Numbered from the stretch's first letter, positions 1 to 10,785 are shown. The stretch: DNA of 64,000 bases from an uncultured Arcobacter sp. (GCA_965140705.1 OZ223302.1:320001-384000), one strand, 5' to 3'. Notes: generated from the letters alone by a model not told the origin. Translations and numbers: made by a program.

Positions 1-1582
1 TGCTTCAATACTGCCTTTTTTAAGATATTTACCAACTGAAGCAAATGCAGCAACAGGAAATAATGGTGTTTTAGTAGTTGTAAGTGGAAACAATATTAAT
101 AGTTTAGATTTACATAGAAAAGGTACAAATAGACCTAGTTATCAAGTTACAGTAAATATTTATGACAGACTTGTGAAATTTGGAGTTAAAACTCTTCCTG
201 ATGGCTCAATGTCATATGATTCTACAAAAATAGAACCAGAAGTTGCCCAATCATGGGAGTTTTCTGATGATAAAAAATCAATTATTTTTAAACTCAATCC
301 AAAGGCTAAATTTTGGGATGGTACACCAGTTACTGCACATGATGTTAAATGGTCTTTTGATAGAGCTGTTACTTTAGGTGGTTTCCCAACTGTACAGATG
401 AAAGCTGGTTCTATGTCAGATCCTAAACAGTTTGTTGTTGTTGATGATATGACATTTAGAATTGACTTACCATTTCCTTCTAAATTAACACTTCCTGATT
501 TAGCTGTTCCAATTCCTTTTATTATCAACTCAAAAGTTGCTAAAGCACATGCTACTGCAAATGACCCTTGGGCTACAGAATATTTACATAAAACTCCTGC
601 TGGTTCAGGACCATATAAAATCTTAAGATGGGATCCGGGTCAACAATTTGTTTACCAAAGAAATGAAGATTATGCAATAGCTCCAAAACCTGCAATAAAA
701 AGAGTAATAGTAAGAGAAGTACCATCAGCTTCTACAAGAAGAGCATTATTAGAGAGAAAAGATGCAGATCTTTATACAAATGTTCCTCCAAAAGATGTAA
801 AAGAGTTCAAAGAAGAGGGCAAAATAAAAGTTTCTGGTGCTCCTATTGATAACTGTATACATGTTTTAGGATTAAATGTAAAATATAAACCTTTTGATAA
901 TAAAAAAGTTAGACAAGCTATTGCTTATGCTATTCCTTATGAAGAAATTTTATCATCAGCTGCTTATGGAAGAGGAAAACCTATGTTTGGAGCAAGTAAT
1001 AAAACTCCATCAAATATTGTATGGCCTCAACCATCTCCTTATAATACAAATATAGAAAAAGCTAAAAAACTATTAGAAGAAGCTGGATTTAAAGATGGCT
1101 TTGAAACAACACTTTCATATAATTTAGGTCTTGCATCATGGCAAGAACCAACAGCACTTCTAATCCAAGAAGGATTGAAAAAAATAGGTATAAAAGCTAA
1201 GTTAGACAAAATTCCAGGGGCAAATTGGAGAACAGCAGCACTTGTTGAAAAAAGACTTCCTATGCACTTAGAAAACTTTGGAGGGTGGTTAAATTACCCT
1301 GATTATTACTTTTTCTGGGCTTATAAATATGGACACTTATTTAATTCATCAAATTATAAAAATGAAAAAATTGAGAAACTAACAGATGAAACACTTCATA
1401 TGGAAATAGATAATCCAAAATATGAAAATATGATTAAAGAGATGATTGAAATAGTTTATGATGATGTTCCTAGAATACCATTATACCAACCATATCTAGA
1501 CGCAGCAATGCAAAAAAATATAAATGGCTATGTTTCATGGTTCCATAGACAACTTGATTGTACAACCATTACAAAATCATGA
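1..1582 (+). CDS. Dpp/Opp-family ABC transporter substrate-binding protein (5'-truncated by window)
   Basis: Frame is open from position 2 (ASILPFLRYLPTEANAATG..., resembling the end of a signal peptide). SBP family 5 motifs: F.DGTPVTA.DVKWSF, GSGPY. Followed by permeases. Confidence 0.9.
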   Translation, partial: ASILPFLRYLPTEANAATGNNGVLVVVSGNNINSLDLHRKGTNRPSYQVTVNIYDRLVKFGVKTLPDGSMSYDSTKIEPEVAQSWEFSDDKKSIIFKLNPKAKFWDGTPVTAHDVKWSFDRAVTLGGFPTVQMKAGSMSDPKQFVVVDDMTFRIDLPFPSKLTLPDLAVPIPFIINSKVAKAHATANDPWATEYLHKTPAGSGPYKILRWDPGQQFVYQRNEDYAIAPKPAIKRVIVREVPSASTRRALLERKDADLYTNVPPKDVKEFKEEGKIKVSGAPIDNCIHVLGLNVKYKPFDNKKVRQAIAYAIPYEEILSSAAYGRGKPMFGASNKTPSNIVWPQPSPYNTNIEKAKKLLEEAGFKDGFETTLSYNLGLASWQEPTALLIQEGLKKIGIKAKLDKIPGANWRTAALVEKRLPMHLENFGGWLNYPDYYFFWAYKYGHLFNSSNYKNEKIEKLTDETLHMEIDNPKYENMIKEMIEIVYDDVPRIPLYQPYLDAAMQKNINGYVSWFHRQLDCTTITKS

Positions 1583-2601
1583 AAAATAAAGTAATACAAA
1601 TATTAAGAAGATTGTTTCAATCAATCCCTTCAATTATAGGTATTGTCATAATCTCTTTTTTATTAACAAGAGCACTTCCAGGTGACCCAGCAGTTTATTT
1701 TGCTGGGGCTATGGCAGATAAAGAATCAATTGAGCAAGTACGGGTTTCTTTGGGTTTAGATAAAGGTATTGTTGAACAATTTTTTATCTATGTACAAAAT
1801 CTTTTTCATGGTAATTTAGGTATGTCTTTAAATACTGGTATTCCTGTTTTACAAGAGTTAACTACTAGACTTCCAGCCTCATTGGAATTAACTTTTTTAG
1901 GTCTAAGTTTTGCATTAATAATTGCAATTCCCTTAGGAATTTTATCTGCAACGAAACCTGGAACTTGGATTGACCATCTAACTAGAGTATTAGTTACTAT
2001 GGGAGTATCTTTACCTACGTTTTTTACGGGACTTTTTTTGATATACATTTTTTATTATCTTTTAGGAGTAGCACCCTCTCCTATTGGGCGACTTGATATT
2101 TTGTATTTATCACCTCCCCATGTAACAGGATTTTATACTATTGATTCTTTATTAGCAAATGATATGGAGACATTTTGGGCAAGTGTAAGACAGTTAATGT
2201 TACCTGCAATTACACTAGGAATATTTGCTCTAGCACCAATTGCTAGGATGACAAGAGCTTCCATGTTAAATGCTTTGTCAAGTGATTTTATAAGAACTGC
2301 AAGAGCAAATGGTCTGCCAAGAAGTAAGATATTAATAACTTATGCCCTTAGAAACTCTTTATTATCAATACTTACAACACTAGGAATGGTTTTTTCATTT
2401 CTTTTAGGTGCAAATGTATTGGTTGAAAAAGTATTTTCTTGGCCTGGGATTGGTTCTTTTGCTATTGAAGCACTTGTGGCTTCTGATTATGCAGCGGTTC
2501 AAGGTTTTGTACTTACTATGGCATTACTTTTTGTTGTGGTAAATTTAACTATTGACATAATTTTAACTCTTATTGACCCCCGTGTCTCTATAGATAATTA
2601 G
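1579..2601 (+). CDS. ABC transporter permease (DppB-like)
   Basis: LPGDPA, RLPASLEL and ARMTRASML..DFIRTARANG (EAA loop) motifs. ATG at 1579 overlaps the upstream TGA (ATGA). Confidence 0.9.
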   Translation: MKNKVIQILRRLFQSIPSIIGIVIISFLLTRALPGDPAVYFAGAMADKESIEQVRVSLGLDKGIVEQFFIYVQNLFHGNLGMSLNTGIPVLQELTTRLPASLELTFLGLSFALIIAIPLGILSATKPGTWIDHLTRVLVTMGVSLPTFFTGLFLIYIFYYLLGVAPSPIGRLDILYLSPPHVTGFYTIDSLLANDMETFWASVRQLMLPAITLGIFALAPIARMTRASMLNALSSDFIRTARANGLPRSKILITYALRNSLLSILTTLGMVFSFLLGANVLVEKVFSWPGIGSFAIEALVASDYAAVQGFVLTMALLFVVVNLTIDIILTLIDPRVSIDN

Positions 2602-2609
2602 GAAAAAAT

Positions 2610-3455
2610 ATGAAACAATTTTTTACACATTTTAAATATATTTTAAAAGATAATTTAATTACAGCATTTTCATTTTTCATGTTTTTTGCTTTTGTATTTT
2701 TGGCTATATTTGGTTCAGCTATTGCACCTTATGATCCACTTTTGACAAATGCACATGCAGTTTTATCTCCTCCCTCTTGGGAGCACCTATTTGGAACTGA
2801 TAACTTAGGAAGAGATGTTTTAAGTAGAGTAATAGTTGCTACAAAACTTGATTTATGGATAGCTTTTTCAGCAGTAATTTTATCCTTTATCATTGGTAGT
2901 GCTTTTGGGGCAATTGCTGGTTATTTAGGTGGTTGGGCTGATAAGATAATTGGTCGATTTTCTGATGCAATTATGGCTTTCCCACTTTTTGTTTTAGCAA
3001 TGGGAATTGTGGCAACTTTAGGTAATTCTATTGAAAATATTATTTACGCAACTGCTGTTATTAATATACCATTTTATGCAAGAGTAACAAGAGCCGAAGT
3101 TTTAATAAGAAGAGATGCAGGATATGTACAAGCTGCAAGACTAAATGGAAATTCAGATTTTAGAATCCTTACTTTTCAAATATTTCCAAACTGTTTGCCA
3201 CCTATGATGATACAAATTTCTTTAAATATGGGTTGGGCAATATTAAATGCAGCAGGATTATCATTTATAGGATTAGGTGTTAGACCACCTGATGCAGAGT
3301 GGGGAATTATGGTAGCTCAAGGAGCCACATATATTGTTTCAGGAGAGTGGTGGTTAGCCTTATTTCCAGGACTTGCACTTATGCTTGCAGTATTTTGTTT
3401 TAATCTATTAGGTGATGGATTAAGAGATTTAGTAGACCCTAAAAAAAGAACATAA
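2610..3455 (+). CDS. ABC transporter permease (DppC-like)
   Basis: HLFGTDNLGRDVLSR, LSFIGLG..PP..EWG and FNLLGDGLRD motifs. Confidence 0.9.
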   Translation: MKQFFTHFKYILKDNLITAFSFFMFFAFVFLAIFGSAIAPYDPLLTNAHAVLSPPSWEHLFGTDNLGRDVLSRVIVATKLDLWIAFSAVILSFIIGSAFGAIAGYLGGWADKIIGRFSDAIMAFPLFVLAMGIVATLGNSIENIIYATAVINIPFYARVTRAEVLIRRDAGYVQAARLNGNSDFRILTFQIFPNCLPPMMIQISLNMGWAILNAAGLSFIGLGVRPPDAEWGIMVAQGATYIVSGEWWLALFPGLALMLAVFCFNLLGDGLRDLVDPKKRT

Positions 3456-3467
3456 GGAGCTAATATT

Positions 3468-5177
3468 ATGTATTCATTTTTAAAAATAGATGAGTTATCA
3501 ATAGATTTTAAAACACGAAATGGAACAGTTCATGGACTAAAAAAAGCCTCAATGAATATCCAAAAAGGTGAGATTTTAGGAGTAATTGGAGAGAGTGGTT
3601 CTGGTAAATCAATTACAGCTTTTACAGTAATGGGATTATTAGATAGTGCAGGAAGAGTATCAAATGGAAAAATAGAGTTTGAAGGATTTACTTTAACAAC
3701 TGCAAAAGAGAAGGATTTAAGAGAAATCAGAGGAAGAGAAATCTCTATGATATTTCAAAACCCAAGAGCTGCTTTAAATCCTATAAGATATGTGGGTAAA
3801 CAAATAGAAGATGTACTTATTTGTCACCATCAAGCAAGTCCACAAAATGCAAAAGAAAAAGCGATAAAAATACTTGAAAAAGTAAAAATAATAAATCCCG
3901 AAGATAGATATTGGTCTTATCCTTTTGAACTATCAGGTGGAATGTGCCAAAGGATTATGATAGCAATTGCAATTGCTTGTAATCCAAGACTTTTAATAGC
4001 AGATGAACCAACAACAGGACTTGATGTTACTACTCAAAAGGTAATAATGGATTTAATTAAAGATTTGGCAAAAGAGCACCATATGGCTGTTATGTTAATA
4101 ACCCATGACCTTGGAATGGCAGCAATGTATTGTGATAATATTTGTGTTATGCAAAAGGGTGAAATAGTAGAAAAAAATAGTGTTTATGAACTTTTTACAA
4201 AACCAAAACACCCTTATACAATAAAACTAATAGCAGCATCCCCTGGTCCAAAATCTAAACTTTCAGATTTGACTGCTATTCCTGAAGAGATGGAAGGTGA
4301 AAAGATAGTCTCAAAAAAGCAAATACACAACGAAATAACAAAAAAAGGTGAAGTTATTTTAGAAGTTTTAAATTTAGTTAAAAAGTTTCCTCTAAGGGAC
4401 AAAAGTAGCCTCTTTGCAAAGAAAAAAGAAGAGAATACTTTCACAGCAGTAAATGGAATAAGCTTCAATCTAAAAAAAGGTGAAAGTTTAGGATTAGTAG
4501 GAGAATCAGGTTGTGGTAAATCTACAACATCAAATATGATTACAAAACTTTTAGACCCAACTTCTGGTGATATAATTTTGGAAAATGAAAATATCACAGC
4601 TTACACATCTAAACAATTTGCAGCCATGAAACAAAGAAATAAAATACAAATGGTATTTCAAGATCCAACAGATAGTTTAAATCCTAGATTTAATGCTTTT
4701 GATTGTATTGCAGAGCCCCTTAGACGACTTTTGAAAATGAGAGACAGAAAAAAAATAAAAGAAAAAGTAGAAGAATTATCTTTAATGGTAGGACTTCCTA
4801 TTCATTTACTCTCTAGATTTCCCCACCAACTTTCAGGTGGTCAAAAAGCAAGGGTAGGAATAGCAAGAGCAATATCAGTAAATCCAAAGATTTTAATTCT
4901 AGATGAGCCAACTTCTGCCCTTGATGTGTCAGTTCAAGCTGTAGTTTTACAGTTATTGGATAGATTAAAAAAAGAGTTAGGTATGAGTTATATCTTTGTT
5001 TCACATGATTTAAATGTTGTAAAACTATTATGTGAAAGGGTTATTGTGATGAATAGAGGTGAAATAGTTGAACAAGGAACTGTCCATGATATTTTGGAAA
5101 ATCCACAAAAAGATTATACAAAAAAACTTATTGCATCGATTCCTCATTTTGAGCCAAATAAACTAAAAATGGCTTAA
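3468..5177 (+). CDS. Fused double ABC ATPase (DppD-DppF type)
   Basis: Two Walker A motifs ([16 protein letters not shown]), two LSGG signatures, two DEPT motifs. Confidence 0.92.
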   Translation: MYSFLKIDELSIDFKTRNGTVHGLKKASMNIQKGEILGVIGESGSGKSITAFTVMGLLDSAGRVSNGKIEFEGFTLTTAKEKDLREIRGREISMIFQNPRAALNPIRYVGKQIEDVLICHHQASPQNAKEKAIKILEKVKIINPEDRYWSYPFELSGGMCQRIMIAIAIACNPRLLIADEPTTGLDVTTQKVIMDLIKDLAKEHHMAVMLITHDLGMAAMYCDNICVMQKGEIVEKNSVYELFTKPKHPYTIKLIAASPGPKSKLSDLTAIPEEMEGEKIVSKKQIHNEITKKGEVILEVLNLVKKFPLRDKSSLFAKKKEENTFTAVNGISFNLKKGESLGLVGESGCGKSTTSNMITKLLDPTSGDIILENENITAYTSKQFAAMKQRNKIQMVFQDPTDSLNPRFNAFDCIAEPLRRLLKMRDRKKIKEKVEELSLMVGLPIHLLSRFPHQLSGGQKARVGIARAISVNPKILILDEPTSALDVSVQAVVLQLLDRLKKELGMSYIFVSHDLNVVKLLCERVIVMNRGEIVEQGTVHDILENPQKDYTKKLIASIPHFEPNKLKMA

Positions 5178-5210
5178 TTTGCAAAGAAGAAGAATAGGAT
5201 ATAATTCCAT

Positions 5211-5891
5211 ATGAAAAATATATTAAAATACCTTACTGTACTATATGTTGAAGATGATAATGAAGTAAGAGAAAATATCACAAATACTATTTCAAATATT
5301 GTTAAAAAAGTCTATTCAGCCTCAAACGCCAAAGAGGCTTTAGAAATATATGATGATGTAAAGCCTGATATTATCTTTACAGATATTGATATGGAAGGTA
5401 TGAATGGACTAGAACTTATCAAAGAGATAAGAGAAGAAGATAGCCAAACTCCAGTTGTAGTAATAACAGCTTATAAAACAGAGAGCTTTCTAATGGAAGC
5501 TGTCTCTTTACATCTAGAGTCTTATATCATAAAACCTATCTCTTATACCTCTTTAAAAGAGGCTTTATTTACTTGTTCACAAAAACTATTAGAAAGAAAT
5601 AAATTCGAAATAACATTCCCAAATGGTTCAAAATATAACTTGCATAACCATATATTTACTAATAATACAAATGAAATAGAAAAACTACAAAATAAAGAGA
5701 GACTTCTTTTAGAAACATTAATTGAGTATAAAAATGAACTTGTATTTTATGATATTATTGAAGAAAATGTTTGGGAAGGAGACCTTTTAAATAAAGGAAC
5801 ACTAAAAGTATTAATTGGAAAACTTCGTCAAAAAATAGGGAAAGAGAGTATTTTAAATGAAAATGAACAGGGTTATAGGCTTTTAATTTGA
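5211..5891 (+). CDS. OmpR-family response regulator
   Basis: VLYVEDD, TDIDM receiver Asp, IIKP, C-terminal winged helix (LRQKIG..GYRL). Confidence 0.9.
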   Translation: MKNILKYLTVLYVEDDNEVRENITNTISNIVKKVYSASNAKEALEIYDDVKPDIIFTDIDMEGMNGLELIKEIREEDSQTPVVVITAYKTESFLMEAVSLHLESYIIKPISYTSLKEALFTCSQKLLERNKFEITFPNGSKYNLHNHIFTNNTNEIEKLQNKERLLLETLIEYKNELVFYDIIEENVWEGDLLNKGTLKVLIGKLRQKIGKESILNENEQGYRLLI

Positions 5892-7591
5892 TAGGAAATA
5901 AATATAAACTACATGTATCTTCCATAATAATTATTGGACTATTTTTATCCATATCAATTAGTTATCTTATTAATAATATTGAAGAAAAAAATATACAAGG
6001 TAGATTTCAAAATATAGTCGATGATAAAATAAAATCTTTTTATAGAGAAATTTTAATAAATCTTGAAACTCTATATACCCTATCAATTCTTTATAATAAT
6101 GACCAAATACCAAGTAGAGAAGAGTTTTCAATAGAAGCAAAAAAGATTATAAAAAGACATAGTGCTATTCATGCTTTAGAGTGGATTCCAATAGTTTCAA
6201 ATGAGAAAAGAAAACTTTTCGAAAAGAACTTCTTTTTTACAGAAGAATCAAAAAACAATAATATGATAAAAGTAGGGGAAAAAGATGAATATTTCCCTGT
6301 ATATTATGTGGAACCTTTGAAAAATAATGAAAAGGCTTTAGGCTTTGATTTGTCAAGTGATAAAAATAGATATAAAACCATAAAAAAAGCTTTAGAAACA
6401 AAAAGCCCACAAGTTACTCAAGCAATAGAGTTGGTACAAAAAAAGAATAAAAAAGGTTTTTTAGCTTTTTTACCTATTTTTGATGAAAAGAAAAATATCA
6501 AGAGTTTTATTCTTGGTGTTTTTGTTATAGAAGATATATTTAAAAAATCAATTTTAGAAGAGGATAAAACCTCAAATGAAATAAATTTCAAAATATTTGA
6601 TACTACAAATAATATAAATGAAGAGATTTATTCCCACAACTCTTTAAATAAAATATATAGACACTTAAAATATAAAAAAGACCTGCCAGTTATTTGGTCT
6701 AGACAATGGACTTTTGAAGCAATACCTAGCTTAAGATATATAAATGAAAGAAGAAGTTTTGTTACAGAACTAAGTCTGTTTATTGGAATCCTTTTGACAA
6801 TTATTGTTTCATATAGAATCAATAAATTTTATAACTTGAAATATGAATCAATACAAGAGCTTAAAAATAAAGATGAGATTTTGTATATCCAATCTCGTTA
6901 TGCCACAATTGGAGAAACCCTATCAAATATCGAACATCAATGGAGAAGTCCTTTATCAAAAGTATCTTCAAATATCATCTCCTTACAAAGTGAGATAGAG
7001 TTTAAAGGTATGCCATCTCAAGAAAAACTCCAAAGTTCACTTAATAATATGCAAAATACTTTAGTGTATATGAGTAATCTTGTAGATGAATTTAAAAATT
7101 TCCATATTCAAGATAAAATCAAAACTAACTTCTTATTTGATGATACTTTAGATATCGCCCTAAAACTTTTAGAACACGATTTTACAAAATTAGAATTAAG
7201 AGTTAAAAGGGATAATAAAAAGAATCAAGTAAGAATATATGGCTATCAAAATGAATTTTCACAAGTACTTATTAATATCTTATCTAATTGTAGAGATGCC
7301 TTTATAGAAAGAAGAGTAAATAAGCCTTTAGTGGAAATATTTACCTATGAAAAAGATAATAAAAAGTTTATAACAATAAGAGACAATGCAGGTGGAATAG
7401 ATGAAAAACATATCGAAAATATATTTGAACAATTTTTTACTACAAAACAAAGTTCAGGTATAGGATTGCACTTATGTAAAATGATTATAACTGAACATAT
7501 GAATGGAGAAATAAGTGTAAAAAATGGCACCTTTTATATAAATAAAGAGAAGTGTACTGGTGCTATATTTACAATTGAGCTTCCAGTTTAG
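5888..7591 (+). CDS. CHASE-domain sensor histidine kinase
   Basis: Two TM segments flank a CHASE-like region (ALEWIP, YFPVYYVEP, ALGFDL). H-box EHQWRSPL, N-box NILSN, DNAGG, FTTK..GIGL. Confidence 0.88.
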   Translation: MIGNKYKLHVSSIIIIGLFLSISISYLINNIEEKNIQGRFQNIVDDKIKSFYREILINLETLYTLSILYNNDQIPSREEFSIEAKKIIKRHSAIHALEWIPIVSNEKRKLFEKNFFFTEESKNNNMIKVGEKDEYFPVYYVEPLKNNEKALGFDLSSDKNRYKTIKKALETKSPQVTQAIELVQKKNKKGFLAFLPIFDEKKNIKSFILGVFVIEDIFKKSILEEDKTSNEINFKIFDTTNNINEEIYSHNSLNKIYRHLKYKKDLPVIWSRQWTFEAIPSLRYINERRSFVTELSLFIGILLTIIVSYRINKFYNLKYESIQELKNKDEILYIQSRYATIGETLSNIEHQWRSPLSKVSSNIISLQSEIEFKGMPSQEKLQSSLNNMQNTLVYMSNLVDEFKNFHIQDKIKTNFLFDDTLDIALKLLEHDFTKLELRVKRDNKKNQVRIYGYQNEFSQVLINILSNCRDAFIERRVNKPLVEIFTYEKDNKKFITIRDNAGGIDEKHIENIFEQFFTTKQSSGIGLHLCKMIITEHMNGEISVKNGTFYINKEKCTGAIFTIELPV

Positions 7592-7735
7592 AAGTTAGGG
7601 AACAAATCTTGTATTAGCAATATGAAAGCCAATAAAAGGATTCAAAATGTTCTCTTTTCTAAAAAAATTTATAAGTAAAACCTTTGTACCTAAATCTAGA
7701 AGTATCTATACTTTTTACAAAGAGGACTCCACTTT

Positions 7736-9844
7736 TTAGTTATTCTCTTTTTTCATATAATCATAAAGATATAAGTATTGTCTTAACTCTTTTAGAGTTT
7801 CATATTTTAAACCTTGTTCAATCCATTGTTTTATTTCAAAGGGGATTTCAAGGGGTTTTAAAAGCTCTTCTTTTTTCTCTTTTGATATTTTTTCATGCTC
7901 ACTTAAAACTGAAACATGTGATAAAATAGAAGTCAAACCCAAGTCTCTTATTTGTGCTATCTCTTCTACTGTTTTCCCATCTTGAATTAACTCAAAAGTC
8001 TCTAAATATGTTTTCGTAAGTTTTTTAAGTGGAGCTTTTTCTTCTAGTTTTTCACTAAACTCCTCTTTTATACTTTTGCATAAAGCTAAAAAACTCTCAC
8101 CATATTTTTCATATTTTACAAGACCTACTCCATTGATATCTAACATCTCTTCTTTTGTAAGGGGAAGTTTTGAAGCTAGCTCTTTTAGAGTTTTATCCCC
8201 AAATATTACATATGCTGGTACTTCACTCTCTTGGGCTATCTCTCTTCTTAAGGTTCTAAATTTCTCATATAACTCTTCATCAAAACTTAGTTCAGTCTTT
8301 TCTTCTTCAATCTTTTGAGCAATACCAAGTTTATCACTATCTATTAGAACTTTCTCATTTCCTTTTAGTATCTCCATACCAAGGTTACTGATTTTTAATG
8401 CTCTAAATTCACCTAAATTTAAAGCTTGTATATCTATAAGTTTATCAGCAATAGCCACCCACTCATTTTTACTTTTATCTGCTCCCAGACCATAAACACT
8501 AAGTTTATCATGTGCAAACTCCAAAAGCTTTTGATTTTTTGAACCCCTTAAAATATCTATAATATGATTTGCTCCAAATCTTTGACCACTTCTATAAACA
8601 GCACTTAAAAACTTTTGAACATCTATACTCACATCAACTTGTTCAATATCACCTTTTGTACAGTTATCACACAAAGTTTTACAATCTTCACACTCATCTT
8701 CAAAATAGTTTGCGATAATTTTATGACGACAATTATTTGATACACAATATCGATACATAGCTTCAAGTTTGTCAAGTCCTGTTTGCTTATATCCTGTATC
8801 TATGGCATCTTCTATTTGTATTTTTCTTTTTACCTCATCGGATTTTGAATAAAGTAAATATACATAAGACATATCCCCATCTCGCCCTGCTCTACCTATC
8901 TCTTGGTAGTAGTTTTCAAGTGTTTTTGGTAAGCTTGTATGAATAACAAATCTTATATTTGATTTATCAATTCCCATACCAAAAGCAATAGTTGCCACAA
9001 CAATATCTATCTTCTCATAAACAAAATCATCATAAACTTCATCTTTAACAGCTGGTGATAATCCAGCATGATAAGCCTTAGCTGTATATCCATTTTCACA
9101 TAAAAATTGTGCCGTACTTTCTGCTTCTTTTCTTGTAAAAGTATAGATAATCCCACACAAGCCTTTGTGTGCTTTTAAAAAACTTAGTATCTGTTTTTTA
9201 CCATTTGAAATTCGAGGTTCAACTTTTATATCAAGGTTATTCCTAACAGTTTTTGCCCTAAAGTGTTTTGCCCCTTGTAAGTTTAAGTTAGAAGCAATAT
9301 CAGCTTCCACCTTTTTTGTAGCAGTTGCAGTAAATGCAGCTATTGGAGTATGGGGAAACAGTCTTTTTAATTTATCAAGGTTTCTATACTCAGCTCTAAA
9401 CTCATGTCCCCAAGCAGATACACAATGGGCTTCATCTATTACAAAATAGTTGATATTGATTCGTTGTAACACTCCTACAAAATCATTTGAAGTAAATCGT
9501 TCAGGTGCTACATAGATAAACTTCAACTCCCCTCGTAAAAGTTTCTGCATAGTAAAGCCATTTTCTTCACCACTTTGTGATGAACTTATCATGTCAGCCT
9601 TTATATCCAATTCATTGAGTGCTTTTATCTGGTCTTGCATAAGGGCAATAAGTGGAGAGATTACAACTGTCGTTCCGTTCATAAGAAGTGCTGGGAGTTG
9701 ATAACAAAGTGATTTACCACCACCAGTTGGTAAGATGGTCAATACATCTTGTTTATTGATGATACTATTTACAACTTCCTCTTGAAAGCTTCGAAAGTGT
9801 TCATGTCCGAAAATATCTTTTAGTATTTTGTGTTTATTATTCAT
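7736..9844 (-). CDS. recQ: ATP-dependent DNA helicase RecQ
   Basis: PTGGGKSLCYQLP, DEAHCVSAWGHEFR, YYQEIGRAGRDG, Zn-binding Cys, RQC and HRDC regions. Confidence 0.96.
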   Translation of the reverse strand: MNNKHKILKDIFGHEHFRSFQEEVVNSIINKQDVLTILPTGGGKSLCYQLPALLMNGTTVVISPLIALMQDQIKALNELDIKADMISSSQSGEENGFTMQKLLRGELKFIYVAPERFTSNDFVGVLQRININYFVIDEAHCVSAWGHEFRAEYRNLDKLKRLFPHTPIAAFTATATKKVEADIASNLNLQGAKHFRAKTVRNNLDIKVEPRISNGKKQILSFLKAHKGLCGIIYTFTRKEAESTAQFLCENGYTAKAYHAGLSPAVKDEVYDDFVYEKIDIVVATIAFGMGIDKSNIRFVIHTSLPKTLENYYQEIGRAGRDGDMSYVYLLYSKSDEVKRKIQIEDAIDTGYKQTGLDKLEAMYRYCVSNNCRHKIIANYFEDECEDCKTLCDNCTKGDIEQVDVSIDVQKFLSAVYRSGQRFGANHIIDILRGSKNQKLLEFAHDKLSVYGLGADKSKNEWVAIADKLIDIQALNLGEFRALKISNLGMEILKGNEKVLIDSDKLGIAQKIEEEKTELSFDEELYEKFRTLRREIAQESEVPAYVIFGDKTLKELASKLPLTKEEMLDINGVGLVKYEKYGESFLALCKSIKEEFSEKLEEKAPLKKLTKTYLETFELIQDGKTVEEIAQIRDLGLTSILSHVSVLSEHEKISKEKKEELLKPLEIPFEIKQWIEQGLKYETLKELRQYLYLYDYMKKENN

Positions 9845-9956
9845 TGGGGGATTTTAGCATAGTTAGTGTTAGGGGTGTATGAAAAAATCATTACATTATG
9901 ATTTTAAGGGTATTTTATATAGAATGTGAACAATTAATTATATCTGAGGAATTTAG

Positions 9957-10511
9957 ATGGGATTGCATGTTCATAACTTAGGAAATCTACCAAACACTTT
10001 AGATGGAAGAGATTATTTTATTTATGTTTTAGATTATGGTTGGAAAGAGCCATTAACAGATGCTTTAGTTGCGAACTTTACAAATATGGCAAGAATGGCT
10101 TCTGAAACAAAAGCTTTAGTTATCGCAGGAATAGAACCTATACATTTCGCAAATGAGGTTTTTTCTTATCATGGAATTAATGGGGAAAAAGGAGATGAGA
10201 TATTGCCTGCAATATTAATTAGTACATTGACACCTTCATATTTTAAAGAAAGCTATGATGAATTTAACCATTCAAAAGAAATTAAGGATAAACTTCTTGT
10301 TATCCCCTTAAAAAAAGCCTGTAAAACAACTGATGATGTTATTGAACTAATAAAAAGTATCTTTTCAGATATTAAGGATAAAAAACAATTATCAGGATTT
10401 AGTGTAGCTAAAGAAATTAATAAGAATGGCTTTAAAAGATTAGCTGACGCAATAATTTTAGAACCTAATTTTGCTGGAGTTGGTGTGGATATTAGAAAAT
10501 TATTTAGTTAA
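9957..10511 (+). CDS. Hypothetical protein (184 aa)
   Basis: Clean ORF with GAGGA ribosome-binding site; no family recognised. Confidence 0.7.
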   Translation: MGLHVHNLGNLPNTLDGRDYFIYVLDYGWKEPLTDALVANFTNMARMASETKALVIAGIEPIHFANEVFSYHGINGEKGDEILPAILISTLTPSYFKESYDEFNHSKEIKDKLLVIPLKKACKTTDDVIELIKSIFSDIKDKKQLSGFSVAKEINKNGFKRLADAIILEPNFAGVGVDIRKLFS

Positions 10512-10530
10512 AAATACTTGATTATACTAT

Positions 10531-10785
10531 TTTCATAAACACCTAAAGGTATTCACTCCTCTTACTTTGTATGGACAAAGTAAACAAAACCACCAACGGC
10601 TTCAAAGCCCTTTGGGTTCCCTCACTTATTATTTTTATCTTTTCTGATTGCTAAAACTCGTTTATTAAAACTTGCGTTTAGCAACTTTTAAACACTCAGA
10701 CAGTTACCAATCTTATTTCAAAAAGAGAAAAATAAACGTTCGGCTTTTGTAGATGTTGGAATAAAAGGTGGGATAAAGACATTTG
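10531..10785 (+). repeat. Structured intergenic element, copy A
   Basis: Aligns over ~230 nt with 37190-37436; two short hairpins followed by a long interrupted hairpin; ends approximate. Confidence 0.85.

Noticed and set aside
10591..10761. Copies A and C as integron attC sites (ccAAC...GTTgg closure)
   Set aside because: The hairpin is ~165 nt, longer than typical attC; RYYYAAC/GTTRRRY boxes match poorly; copy B lacks AAC/GTT ends; no integrase in the window
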